DNA of 54,416 bases from Cyanobacteriota bacterium (GCA_034189065.1 JAXHVQ010000020.1:1-54416); one strand, 5' to 3'; counted from the stretch's first letter, positions 1 to 9,314 are shown. Translations and numbers: made by a program. The notes: generated by a model from the letters alone, not told the origin.

Positions 1-62
1 GGGGAAGCAGGGGAAGCAGGGGAAGCAGGGGGGAATTGTTTTTAATTTTTAATTTTTAATTT
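1..62. repeat. G-rich 9-mer tandem repeat (GGGGAAGCA x3) followed by TTTTAAT x4 heptamer repeat
   Basis: direct reading: ggggaagca repeated 3x then ttttaat repeated 4x; a related G-rich repeat recurs at 52885-52925. Confidence 0.6.
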
Positions 63-634
63 TTAATTTTATTATTCACTTCCATCCACAGCATATCTGC
101 TAAACTCCCATCGGGCATAGTCCAGGATTTGTACATCGTTTCTTTGACGATGAAGCCTAGCTTTTTACAAAGGTTAATTGACTGTTGATTTGACACCAAA
201 ATTGCTGCCGCAATGGTCTTAAGATGCAACTCGCGAAAGGCATAAGTTATCATTCGCTGTAGTGCGAGTCTGCCATACCCTTTTTTTTGATACTTTTTAT
301 CTAAAATTGCGACTCCGGCTTCAGCAGTCAGCAAGTCTCTATTCAAGCCTTTTAGCACGACGTATCCAATGGGTAAGTCTTCTAGGTTTAAGTAAATTCC
401 AAATAATAAAGGCTGGCTGTTTCGAGAATAAGGCAAGGCAAAATTAGAAATTCCTTCTATAAACTTTTCCGTATCATTAACGGCAAAAGAGGTATTCCAA
501 CCCATCAAATCTATTAAACTTGGATCGCGAGCAAGCTCGATTAAGTGCTTAATATGACTGTCTTCCATAGAAGCTAAAAAGCACTTCAGTCCTGTTGCTT
601 GATGTTCCTGTTTTAGGAAAGCCTTTTTTTTCAT
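56..634 (-). CDS. GNAT family N-acetyltransferase
   Basis: 192 aa ORF; acetyl-CoA binding-like motif Q..GYGRLAL and overall GNAT (RimL-like) architecture. Confidence 0.65.
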   Translation of the reverse strand: MKKKAFLKQEHQATGLKCFLASMEDSHIKHLIELARDPSLIDLMGWNTSFAVNDTEKFIEGISNFALPYSRNSQPLLFGIYLNLEDLPIGYVVLKGLNRDLLTAEAGVAILDKKYQKKGYGRLALQRMITYAFRELHLKTIAAAILVSNQQSINLCKKLGFIVKETMYKSWTMPDGSLADMLWMEVNNKIKN

Positions 635-786
635 AATTCTCGCTTTTACTGTTTCCTTCGTTCGGGCGTGCGGCGATCCGAGACAATGGCAACTTTGCGA
701 GGAACCTCAAATTCTGCGCGATCGCCGCTTGCATCGTCGGCCGATCGGAATCGCTGCCCATCATATCACTCAAGGAGAGTCGCAGT

Positions 787-1746
787 CTACTGAGTCAAAC
801 TCCGCCGTCGCAAAACCGCCAGCAGTTTATTAAAAGACTCGGGCAACGGCGCGATCGCCTCAATTATCTCACCCGAAACGGGATGTTGCAAGGACAGTTT
901 GTGGGCGTGGAGGGCTTGTCCGGGCAAATTAACGCCCACTCCTCGCCCCGAACCATAAACCGGATCGCCGACGAGAGGGTGTCCCATATGGGTGGCGTGG
1001 ACGCGAATTTGATGGGTGCGTCCGGTGAGGAGGCGAAACTGCATTAACGTATAGTTGCCCAAGCGTTCCTGCACTTGCCAATGGGTAACAGCCGTGCGTC
1101 CGCCCTCTTCGACGGGAATAACTGCCATTTTCTTGCGATCGCCTTTCGATCGACCAATGGGTAGATCGATCGTCCCGCCATCGCGCGCTGGCGAGCCATA
1201 GACCGCGCCCAAATACTCCCGTCCTGCTGTTTTTGCCTTCAGTTGTCCTTGTAAGTGCTGGTGGGCGAAATCCGTCTTGGCGATCGCGATCGCGCCGGTG
1301 GTATCCTTATCGAGGCGATGAACGATGCCCGGTCTTTGAACGCCGCCAATTCCGGCTAAATTGGGACAATGGGCGAGAACGGCATTGACTAAGGTCCCGT
1401 TTTCGTGTCCGGGGGCGGGATGGACGACTAAACCCGCCGGTTTGTTGAGAATCATTAGGGATTCGTCTTCGTAGAGAATATCGAGGGGAATCGCTTCGGG
1501 TTTTAAGTCGAGGGGGACAACTTCGGGAAGGGTGACGAGAATGCGATCGCCGCAGCGAACGACAGTTTTTTTCGTCCTTGTCACCTCGCCATTGACGCAG
1601 ACACAGCCTTGGGAGATTAGCGTTTGTAGGCGCGATCGCGAAAATTGGGGCAATTGAACCGAAAGTTCGCGATCTAAGCGTTCCTTGTCTCGTGCGACTT
1701 GTATATAATGTTGGTCATTCGTCATTTGTCGTTGGTCATTTGTCAT
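787..1746 (-). CDS. rluD: RluA-family 23S rRNA pseudouridine synthase (RluD-like) with N-terminal S4 domain
   Basis: 319 aa; catalytic motif HRLDKDTTG; S4-like N-terminus; first codons (MTNDQRQMTNDQ) derive from a tandem DNA repeat so true start may be internal. Confidence 0.85.
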   Translation of the reverse strand: MTNDQRQMTNDQHYIQVARDKERLDRELSVQLPQFSRSRLQTLISQGCVCVNGEVTRTKKTVVRCGDRILVTLPEVVPLDLKPEAIPLDILYEDESLMILNKPAGLVVHPAPGHENGTLVNAVLAHCPNLAGIGGVQRPGIVHRLDKDTTGAIAIAKTDFAHQHLQGQLKAKTAGREYLGAVYGSPARDGGTIDLPIGRSKGDRKKMAVIPVEEGGRTAVTHWQVQERLGNYTLMQFRLLTGRTHQIRVHATHMGHPLVGDPVYGSGRGVGVNLPGQALHAHKLSLQHPVSGEIIEAIAPLPESFNKLLAVLRRRSLTQ

Positions 1747-1818
1747 TGGTCCTTAGTCATTGGTCCTTAGTCATTGGTTCTCGATCTTCGCTCCTAAAAC
1801 CTAAAACCTAAAACCTAA
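1711..1818. repeat. STRR-like tandem repeats: ~14-mer (tcattggtccttag) x4 then heptamer CTAAAAC x4 immediately upstream of thrB start
   Basis: direct reading of tandem units between rluD start and thrB start. Confidence 0.7.
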
Positions 1819-1820
1819 TT

Positions 1821-2735
1821 ATGATCGCAACGGTAACAGTTCCAGCAACGACAGCCAATTTAGGACCGGGGTTTGACTGCATTGGTGCAGCCCTCAGCCT
1901 CTACAATCGCTTTAAGTTTACCCTTCCTGAAGAAGGTGCATCGAAGGTTAAGATTGCTGTGACTGGCGAGGAGGCAGATAAGGTTGTCACCGATGAAAAT
2001 AACCTGGCTTATCGAGCCTTTGTCCAACTGTATCAGCACATCGGACAACAACCTCCCCCCGTTGAAATCGAAATTGAATTGGGCGTTCCTTTGGCGCGGG
2101 GGTTGGGCAGTTCGGCAACCGCGATTGTTGGCGGGTTACTGGGGGCCTATTACTTGGCAGGCAAGCCTCTAGATATTAGAGAAGTTAGGGAAATTGCGAT
2201 CGCGATCGAAGGACATTCCGATAATGTTATCCCCGCATTGGTTGGCGGTTGTCAGGTGTCAGCATTAGGGGAAGATTATCGGGAGGTTTGGCCCGTTTAC
2301 TGGCATCATAGCTTAACGCCGGTCGTTGGTATTCCCGACTTTGAACTGTCTACCGAAGAAGCGCGCAAGGTTTTGCCCGACGCAATTCCTCGCGCCGATG
2401 CAGTCTTTAATATTGCCCGCATGGGAATGTTAATTTGTAGTTTAGACCAACCCCATTCGGGCGGATTGGACATTGCTTTAAACGATCGCATACACCACCC
2501 CTATCGTAAGAGTTTAATTCCCGGCTACGATCGCGTTCGAGAGGCTGTTCTCGCGGCTAAGGCTTACGGAATGGTCATTAGCGGCGCTGGACCGACGCTG
2601 TTAGCGATCGCCGACAAAGGGCGCGCAGAAGGGGTTGCGGCGGCAATGAAAGAGACGTGGCAAGCTGAAGGTGTGGGAGTTGACGTGCGAATTCTTGCCC
2701 TCGATACAGAGGGGGCAATTGTGGAAATGGAGTAG
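1821..2735 (+). CDS. thrB: homoserine kinase (GHMP kinase family)
   Basis: 304 aa; N-terminal MIATVTVPATTANLGPGFD and GHMP motif PLARGLGSSA typical of ThrB. Confidence 0.9.
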   Translation: MIATVTVPATTANLGPGFDCIGAALSLYNRFKFTLPEEGASKVKIAVTGEEADKVVTDENNLAYRAFVQLYQHIGQQPPPVEIEIELGVPLARGLGSSATAIVGGLLGAYYLAGKPLDIREVREIAIAIEGHSDNVIPALVGGCQVSALGEDYREVWPVYWHHSLTPVVGIPDFELSTEEARKVLPDAIPRADAVFNIARMGMLICSLDQPHSGGLDIALNDRIHHPYRKSLIPGYDRVREAVLAAKAYGMVISGAGPTLLAIADKGRAEGVAAAMKETWQAEGVGVDVRILALDTEGAIVEME

Positions 2736-2786
2736 TATTGTTGTGAAATTAAATGGTGCGATCGAATTAAAAAATTCGTTTTCAAA

Positions 2787-3386
2787 ATGCCTCAGTCTCG
2801 ACCCTATCAACCTCTATTACTGCGAATTTTACATGGATTGAATGCCGCGATCGCGCTCTTAGCCATTCTCACATCATTTTGGGTTTACAATACCTATGAC
2901 GGGCGCTTGATACGCCTCCCCCTCCCCAAAATTTCCGGCATTATTGGCATTCATGGCACATTTGGCTTGACTTTTTTTCTATTTTTCCCTCTTTTTGCCC
3001 TTTATAGCTTTCATTTAGGTTCCCAACGTCTCATTCAGCCCAATTCCCTTGGCAATGCTGCTAAACTCGACCGCAAAATTGGCTGGTACAGTTGGCATCG
3101 AATTCTCAACACCTTGATGTTAATCGCTGCAACTTTGTCAATTGTTACGGGCAGAATGATGCAAGAAAAGTGGCTTCCAGCGGAGGAACTCGACCATATT
3201 TGGTACAAACTTCACGTCGCGGGGTGGGTTATTTTAGTAATAAGCGTAATTTTGCACGTTGCGATGGGATTAAAAGTTGGCGGTTTTCCTTTAATTCAGT
3301 CGATCTTCGCGCGTTCCTATCGACCCGATGACTCGCCTCGTATTTGGTGGCATAAATTTAAAATTATGCTAAACCGTTCGCAATGA
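2787..3386 (+). CDS. four-TM membrane protein, cytochrome b561-like (DUF4405-like)
   Basis: 199 aa, four hydrophobic helices each carrying conserved His residues; assignment by architecture only. Confidence 0.4.
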   Translation: MPQSRPYQPLLLRILHGLNAAIALLAILTSFWVYNTYDGRLIRLPLPKISGIIGIHGTFGLTFFLFFPLFALYSFHLGSQRLIQPNSLGNAAKLDRKIGWYSWHRILNTLMLIAATLSIVTGRMMQEKWLPAEELDHIWYKLHVAGWVILVISVILHVAMGLKVGGFPLIQSIFARSYRPDDSPRIWWHKFKIMLNRSQ

Positions 3387-3596
3387 ATAATGAATAATGA
3401 ATAATGAATAATTACCTCTCCTTACGGACAACTCACGGCAATTAGAATGGGCTGTGTGCGGGTAGTAGAGATTCTCCCGATCCCGCACCTTGTAAGTCCC
3501 GTGAGACCTAAGACCCACGCCCTTTTCTTCCTTTACGAAGAGGTTTTAGACCCAATAATTAATTATTAACTATTAATTATTAATTATTAATTAACA
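3381..3596. repeat. composite repeat: AATGAAT heptamer x4, ~150-bp conserved structured element (copy 1), AT palindromic (aattatta)n tail
   Basis: element core attacctctccttacggacaactcacgg...cttcctttacgaagaggttttagacccaat recurs at 9315-9487; stop codon of upstream gene lies in first heptamer. Confidence 0.7.
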
Positions 3597-3782
3597 AACA
3601 TAGTATCAATTCAACCTGAATATTTGGGAAATGAAATCAAAAAATACGCTCCTTACTGCCGTTGAAATTCTGGTATTTAGCGGGATCGCTTTTGCGCTAG
3701 TTGCTCCTCTTTTTTTCTCAGGCGAGGAAGAGAGCAAATCTCGGCTAGCGCAGGTTGAGAATTTCGCGATCGCGCCCACAAA

Positions 3783-4403
3783 TCATCGTTCGGAAGATTG
3801 AATTAAGATTGTCCCTTTACCCGTAAAATTAAGCTGTTTCTCTTCTCCTGAAAACGTCGCACCTGCCAAACTGCCGACCGAAGAAAGAACTGTTTTAACG
3901 TATTCATAATCGTAATAATACGAAGGACTGGGTAAATCCGCCCAACCTAAAATCGCTTCGGGATCGACCCGCGCGGGTGCTTCGAGAAAGTGAACCGGAC
4001 CGTTGGAAGAAGCCAATAATTGACCCGTTCCTAAAAAAGTCAAATAATTGTAAAATGTCGATTGTTGGCAAACGAGCGTACTTTCAAATCCCAAAACGCG
4101 ATCGCGCTTTACCGTAAAATGGGCATTTTCGAGAGAATAAGAAGCAATATCTCGACCTCGGTCTCCCAAAATTAGTTTCCCCATGCCAGAAACCAGAACA
4201 AAGTCGTCGAGATACAGCGGTGCATTAAAGGATTCTTGAACTAAAACATCCAAAAAATTCCGACCGAGTGCCTCAAACTTCAAAGTCCCATAATAGGCAA
4301 TCATTTTACCCTTTTGGATAAAAAGTTGCTTCTTCACATCAATACAATAACTAAAGCGATTCAGATTGTCATTTTTCGGCAAAGTATCATAATTATAACT
4401 CAA
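3783..4403 (-). CDS. AIM24 family protein (DUF124), paralog C
   Basis: 206 aa; paralogous to the two upstream ORFs; 4-nt ATGA overlap with paralog B indicates operon. Confidence 0.65.
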   Translation of the reverse strand: MSYNYDTLPKNDNLNRFSYCIDVKKQLFIQKGKMIAYYGTLKFEALGRNFLDVLVQESFNAPLYLDDFVLVSGMGKLILGDRGRDIASYSLENAHFTVKRDRVLGFESTLVCQQSTFYNYLTFLGTGQLLASSNGPVHFLEAPARVDPEAILGWADLPSPSYYYDYEYVKTVLSSVGSLAGATFSGEEKQLNFTGKGTILIQSSER

Positions 4404-5083
4404 GATTGCGCCTCCCTTTCATAAGCTTGAACGTAAACGGTTCCTTGTCCGGCAAACTTCAGTTGATAGCTTTCTCCCGAAGCTTGACCTATAATATTTT
4501 TCCAGCCCACATCTGTAATCAACTGGGAATCTAAACTGCCTTTGTGACCGAGATAAGCATTGGGATCGACAAAAATAGGACTCGTCGGATTGACATCTAA
4601 ACCAATGGCATTTCCCCGAGACATTAAAGCAACATCGCCGTATCCTTCTAAGGTTGTTGTAAACAAACCTTGACCGCTAACATAGCCTCTGACTAATCCC
4701 TGAATGCCACCTTGGTTGCCCTGAAAAGTTGTTCCGGTTTGCAAGCTACTTTCAAAAGCGAGTAAACTACTACTTTCTACATATAATCTTTCTCCTTGTA
4801 AAGAAATCGGTGCGATATAAAGGTCATGGTAAGCATAATAAACTCGACCTTTTCCTCGTGCGGACATAAGTTGCAAACCTTCCTCAGTTACTTGGCGCAT
4901 TGCCAACTCTCGAATTCCACCTCCTGTGAGGAAGGAACGCGCGAAATGAACGGTTCCTTTGTAGGCAATCATCGACCCTTTTTGGGAATACACTTGGTCG
5001 CTTGCTAGATTGACTTCTAGCATTTTTTCGTTAACTAAATTAAAGTTTGGCATGGTGAATAATATAGCGCTTATTTTTAACAA
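4400..5083 (-). CDS. AIM24 family protein (DUF124), paralog B
   Basis: 227 aa; shared motifs SGQGLFTTTLEG, YQLKF.G.G with paralog A. Confidence 0.7.
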   Translation of the reverse strand: MLKISAILFTMPNFNLVNEKMLEVNLASDQVYSQKGSMIAYKGTVHFARSFLTGGGIRELAMRQVTEEGLQLMSARGKGRVYYAYHDLYIAPISLQGERLYVESSSLLAFESSLQTGTTFQGNQGGIQGLVRGYVSGQGLFTTTLEGYGDVALMSRGNAIGLDVNPTSPIFVDPNAYLGHKGSLDSQLITDVGWKNIIGQASGESYQLKFAGQGTVYVQAYEREAQS

Positions 5084-5128
5084 TCTCCCAAGTAGAGATG
5101 TCTTAAAACATTCTTACATCTGATTTTT

Positions 5129-5255
5129 CTCCTTCTAACTTATCCTAATAAGGGCGGGGAAACCCCGCCCCTACTTATTTCTCCCATTGAGGGCGGGGGA
5201 AACTCCTTCTAACTTATCCTAATAAGGGCGGGGAAACCCCGCCCCTACTTATTTT
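5129..5255. repeat. two direct copies (~52 bp, period 75) of a hairpin-containing repeat (GGCGGGGAAACCCCGCC) in the AIM24-A/AIM24-B intergenic region
   Basis: direct reading; perfect 7-bp stem 3-nt loop, no U-tract; partial third copy between them. Confidence 0.7.
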
Positions 5256-5869
5256 CGCTCTGAAGGCTGAATATAAACAAGACCATCGCCTGTAAACTTA
5301 AGTTGATAGGTTTCTCCTGATTCTTCGCCCCTTATGGTTTTCCAATTCACATCAAAGACAAATTCTTGGCGTAAATTGCCCTGATAGCCGATAAAAGCAT
5401 CGGGATCGACAAATAAAGGATAGGTGGGAGTTACTTCTAATGTCAATAAACTACCATCGGAAACAACAGCAATGTTCCCCCGTCCTTCCACAGTTGTTGT
5501 AAACAGTCCTTGACCGGAAGTTGCACCCCGCAGTCCGGCAAAGCTAACATTGGTTTTGAGGGGCTCGTCGAAGGCGAGAAGACTGCGACTTTCAACAAAT
5601 ATTTTTCCTTGATTTACCGAAAGAATTGAAATTTCTCTAGCTTGGGAGGCAAAATAAACAGTTCCGCTTCCCCGGGCGACCATCAGTTCAAATTGTTCTT
5701 TCGTTACTTTACGTTTGAGAACGCCAATTAATCCTTCGCCCCCCAAAAGGGCTTTCTCAAATTTAATCGTACCTTCTCGCGCGATCGCGGAACCGGCAAC
5801 GGCGAGAACCTTTTCGTTTTGCAGTTCCACCGCCAAGAGGCGATCGCACTTTAATTGGAAATTCGTCAT
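5249..5869 (-). CDS. AIM24 family protein (DUF124), paralog A
   Basis: 206 aa; motifs SGQGLFTTTVEG and YQLKFTGDG. Confidence 0.7.
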   Translation of the reverse strand: MTNFQLKCDRLLAVELQNEKVLAVAGSAIAREGTIKFEKALLGGEGLIGVLKRKVTKEQFELMVARGSGTVYFASQAREISILSVNQGKIFVESRSLLAFDEPLKTNVSFAGLRGATSGQGLFTTTVEGRGNIAVVSDGSLLTLEVTPTYPLFVDPDAFIGYQGNLRQEFVFDVNWKTIRGEESGETYQLKFTGDGLVYIQPSERK

Positions 5870-6017
5870 TTTAAACGGTGCATTTAAAAAAAGCTATAAT
5901 AAAGGGTTGGGAGATTGAAGAATGCAGTGTTTCCTCGATCCCATGCCATTAGAGCCTATTTTAACAGCCGCCGACGGTCTGAATATTTTGATTGACTTGA
6001 TATTAATCTTTTCTTCT

Positions 6018-6176
6018 TTAAAGATCGCCTTCAGATTTAGCTTTGTTGACAGCTTCCTGAATCAAGGTCATGACCATATTAGATACCGGACGGTTATTCA
6101 GCTTTGCTAACCGTTCTAGATCGGCTTTGAGATCTTCAGGAAGATAGACAACAATTCTGGGAAGCTTTGCTGGCAA
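6018..6176 (-). CDS. small ribbon-helix-helix (CopG/Arc-like) DNA-binding protein, ~52 aa, not in ORF table
   Basis: minus-strand translation ...PRIVVYLPEDLKADLERLAKLNNRPVSNMVMTLIQEAVNKAKSEGDL*; no ATG in the open frame (open to ~6272); TTG at 6176 or non-canonical start; AAGGAG SD-like motif upstream. Confidence 0.4.
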   Translation of the reverse strand: MPAKLPRIVVYLPEDLKADLERLAKLNNRPVSNMVMTLIQEAVNKAKSEGDL

Positions 6177-6480
6177 GGCTGTTGCAAAGAAAACTACCTT
6201 TCTATCGTACCTCGCTTTAACCCCCTCAAAATTAATTTTTCTCCTTGGGATTGACTCGGAATGACTACCAAGTTACTTTAGAGTGCACGCAAAAAATAAA
6301 CCCCCGCCGCTTCAGATGCTGATAGAAAGAATGCTTCCTCGTTCTCTGAGAGAACCGTCTAACTTTGAGTCTCCCAGGCAGCGATATTCTTCAACCGTTA
6401 AAGATTGAATTTCGACGAGCATAACGGAATAGTTGAATGCGAACAATTGAACGATTGTTTGATAGCATTCCAAAGCCTGC

Positions 6481-7245
6481 TTAATACCGAATTTCCAACG
6501 TTACCGAAGCGCGCACCACGCGATCGCCGCCCATCACCGGCGTACCGTATGATTCCGCACTCAGCATTGCATTTTGTAGTACCGCAGGCGGCGAGGTATT
6601 GGAACCATTAATTTGAATGCTGATAATTTCTTGACGGCTGAGATTTAAGGCTTCTAAAACCACGTCGGCTTGTTCCTGTGCGTCCTGAGAAGCATCGCGC
6701 AGAGCATCCTTACTAGCGGCTGCGATCGCGCTATCTTCGGCAATAAACCCCACATTATCGATGCGCGTTGCCCCCACTTCAATGGCTTCGTCAATCAACG
6801 AACCGGCGCGCTCGGTTCCAACGCGAAAACTGACGCTATTGATTCCAATATACCCGATTAATCGTTGTTCGTCGTTGCGACGAGTATAATTGGGTCGCAG
6901 GGTAATTCCCGTGGTTTGAAGTTGGGCGACATTGCGCGATCGCAACAAATCGACAACGGCTGCCGAGCGCTCGCGTACTTCCTGTTGAACCTCTGCCGCC
7001 GTTTCTCCCCGTACTTCCACCCCAAGCTGAACGCGCGTTATCGTCGTCGGGATCGTGGTTTCCCCTTGTCCGGTAACAGTTAAGGTTCGTGACATTCTTT
7101 CTTGAGCCTCGACGCTCATGGGTAAACTCAAAATGGCGATTGAGGCGATCGCGATCGCCATTGGTTTTTGGATGCGCGCCAAGGTTGCAGTAGCATCCGC
7201 GAAGTAACGTGCGGAACCTTCTCTCCAAAGTGCTTTTACGTTCAT
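6481..7245 (-). CDS. SIMPL domain (DUF541) periplasmic protein
   Basis: 254 aa; signal peptide-like segment then SIMPL-like pattern; probable true start at internal Met (MAIAIASIAILSLP). Confidence 0.7.
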   Translation of the reverse strand: MNVKALWREGSARYFADATATLARIQKPMAIAIASIAILSLPMSVEAQERMSRTLTVTGQGETTIPTTITRVQLGVEVRGETAAEVQQEVRERSAAVVDLLRSRNVAQLQTTGITLRPNYTRRNDEQRLIGYIGINSVSFRVGTERAGSLIDEAIEVGATRIDNVGFIAEDSAIAAASKDALRDASQDAQEQADVVLEALNLSRQEIISIQINGSNTSPPAVLQNAMLSAESYGTPVMGGDRVVRASVTLEIRY

Positions 7246-7307
7246 TTTTCTCTTCGTTCCTCAATTATCCTTATCCTAAACATCCCCTTTGTCGGTTCTC
7301 GCCTTGG

Positions 7308-8168
7308 TTACGATTTTGGCGACAAACTTCCGATTAATTGTGGGTAAGGCAAATTATAATTGGCAAAGGCTTGTTTGGCGCGCTGGCTGAGATCGGTTTT
7401 GTAGGCGGTTTCGGCGCGAGCGTCTAGGGGGTAGGATTTGAGTTTGAAGTGCGTTCCCCAGGGCATTTCCGCGATCGCGACGAGGATGGGCAGTTTGATT
7501 TGCGTATATTTGCTGGTGTAGGCGGCTTGATAGAGAATTTTTGAGACGAGTTGCGTATCGACTTCGTGGCTGAGGTAAAAGTCTGTTGTCACTTGCGCTT
7601 CCAGTTCGCCATCGTTGGTATTGACAACGGCATCGGACCAAATGCAGTTGTGGGGAATGGTTACCGTGTCGTCGGTGAGGGTTTGCAGTTGGAAGCTGCG
7701 CAATCCGTAGCGCGTAATTTCTCCGTAATGTCCGGCAACTCGAACGCGATCGCCGACGCGATAGGTTGCTTCCAATAGTACCACGACTCCCGCGATCGCG
7801 GAACTGGCATAGTCTTTGAAGGCAAACCCCAAGGCAACGGCGACGGTTCCGCTGATAGTGATGACGTTGGAGGGGGATAAGTTTAAGAATAAGTTACTCG
7901 TGGCCGCGATCGCCGCCAGGATCGTCAAAAACTGCCAAAAGGGAAGCGATAGCTTGATTCTAGGTCGTAATTGAATGGCTACGCGCTCGGAAAGCCAGTC
8001 GGTTAGCTTTTCGACGAGGCGAATGGACAGAAATGCCGCCGCGATAATCAGCGTCGCTTGGGTAATTTTCCAGGTTGTGATTTCGGCAATGAGTGCTTTG
8101 GCTTTTTCGGCGGTTTCTCCCCCGGTTTGAGCGAGAAGGGCCGCGATCGCAAGGTTTTCGACATCCAT
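7308..8168 (-). CDS. mscS: small-conductance mechanosensitive channel (MscS family)
   Basis: 286 aa; three TM helices then beta-domain motif GDRVRVAGHYGEI typical of MscS. Confidence 0.85.
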   Translation of the reverse strand: MDVENLAIAALLAQTGGETAEKAKALIAEITTWKITQATLIIAAAFLSIRLVEKLTDWLSERVAIQLRPRIKLSLPFWQFLTILAAIAATSNLFLNLSPSNVITISGTVAVALGFAFKDYASSAIAGVVVLLEATYRVGDRVRVAGHYGEITRYGLRSFQLQTLTDDTVTIPHNCIWSDAVVNTNDGELEAQVTTDFYLSHEVDTQLVSKILYQAAYTSKYTQIKLPILVAIAEMPWGTHFKLKSYPLDARAETAYKTDLSQRAKQAFANYNLPYPQLIGSLSPKS

Positions 8169-8384
8169 AAAATTACAAATTCGTCAAGTCAAACTAAGGT
8201 GCTTTTTGGGTGAAAGTACTGTCAAAATAAACTTCCTACCCTACATTAAAAGCCTCCTTTATTTTGCCCGATTATTCTCCTCCAACGAAATGCTACTCGG
8301 TACAGTGCAGGGCAGTCGCGAATTCGGACTTATCTTTGGCTCGATAGTGAATTTTTGTAACAAATAATCAAGTGCTTTGCTAGT

Positions 8385-8444
8385 GCAGCTTAACCTTTAG
8401 TTAAGATCGAGTTTAACTTAGATTAACCTTAGCTTAATGCAAAT
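8385..8444. promoter_or_regulatory. array of four short direct repeats TTAAC(C)TT(T)AG spaced ~12-18 bp apart, immediately upstream of ORF 8445
   Basis: direct reading: cttaacctttag..tttaacttag..attaaccttag..cttaatg in AT-rich island. Confidence 0.35.
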
Positions 8445-9212
8445 ATGAAACTCGCTCTGACCTACTTAGCCGTAGCCATCGGCAATATCGCTTTTTTTAC
8501 ATTAATCTATATTTTTTTCCCCACCCTCAGAGATAATCTGATAGAAGAAGACAAATTCCTAGAAAATTTAACAGCCCTTGTCTTTTTACAAGCCTTTATT
8601 GTTAGTGCTATTAACCTGTATCGGTTCAATCATTTATATAAAAAAAAGATTTATTTATTCATCCCCGCAATCTCCTTGCTAGGATTTTTGGATGAATTGA
8701 GTTTTGGCGAAAGAATTTTCAAATTTTCGGCACCTGTTGTCTACGGCACCAAAATAGATGCGGCTCACGATCTCTTCAATCTCATCAAAAAGGTTTACAC
8801 AAAAAAAATTGGCACCCAAATTGCGCTTTCCTTTCAACAGTTTATATTTATTATTGCGACAATTGCCTTGTTCGGCATTATTTCCAAATATCGAAAAGCA
8901 TTATCGATAAAGCTAAAATCTTTAACCTTAAACTTTCAGGATTTGTCATTCGATCGAGCTTGGAACAACTTGCCCTTGAAGTTCTGTTTAATTGCTTTCA
9001 TATTCCTTTTAATCTCAACAGGAATAGAACTTCGTTTTTTCGGTAAATTCCCTGGAAAAACATTGGTAGAAGAGTTATCAGAAGCAAATATGGCCATCGG
9101 ATTTCTATTTGCTGGCATCTCTTTACACAAATGCTTTAGGGAATTAAACCGTTCAACGGAACTCAAAACTCCGCAACCTTTTCTTCCCTCTAAATTTTCA
9201 CGAGAAGACTGA
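8445..9212 (+). CDS. hypothetical polytopic membrane protein in AT-rich island
   Basis: 255 aa, ~6 hydrophobic segments, low GC relative to surroundings. Confidence 0.5.
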   Translation: MKLALTYLAVAIGNIAFFTLIYIFFPTLRDNLIEEDKFLENLTALVFLQAFIVSAINLYRFNHLYKKKIYLFIPAISLLGFLDELSFGERIFKFSAPVVYGTKIDAAHDLFNLIKKVYTKKIGTQIALSFQQFIFIIATIALFGIISKYRKALSIKLKSLTLNFQDLSFDRAWNNLPLKFCLIAFIFLLISTGIELRFFGKFPGKTLVEELSEANMAIGFLFAGISLHKCFRELNRSTELKTPQPFLPSKFSRED

Positions 9213-9314
9213 AACTTCTGATATTCTACTATAGCATTTTTATTGGGGTTGTAAAACTCGGTTGTTCGGAAGAATGGAAGAGAGGAATGAATTTGATATT
9301 ATTCACAATGAGCA

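Noticed and set aside
5922-6110. Plus-strand 62-aa ORF
   Set aside because: It overlaps the minus-strand reading, which has a clear ribbon-helix-helix pattern. The plus-strand product has no recognisable features.
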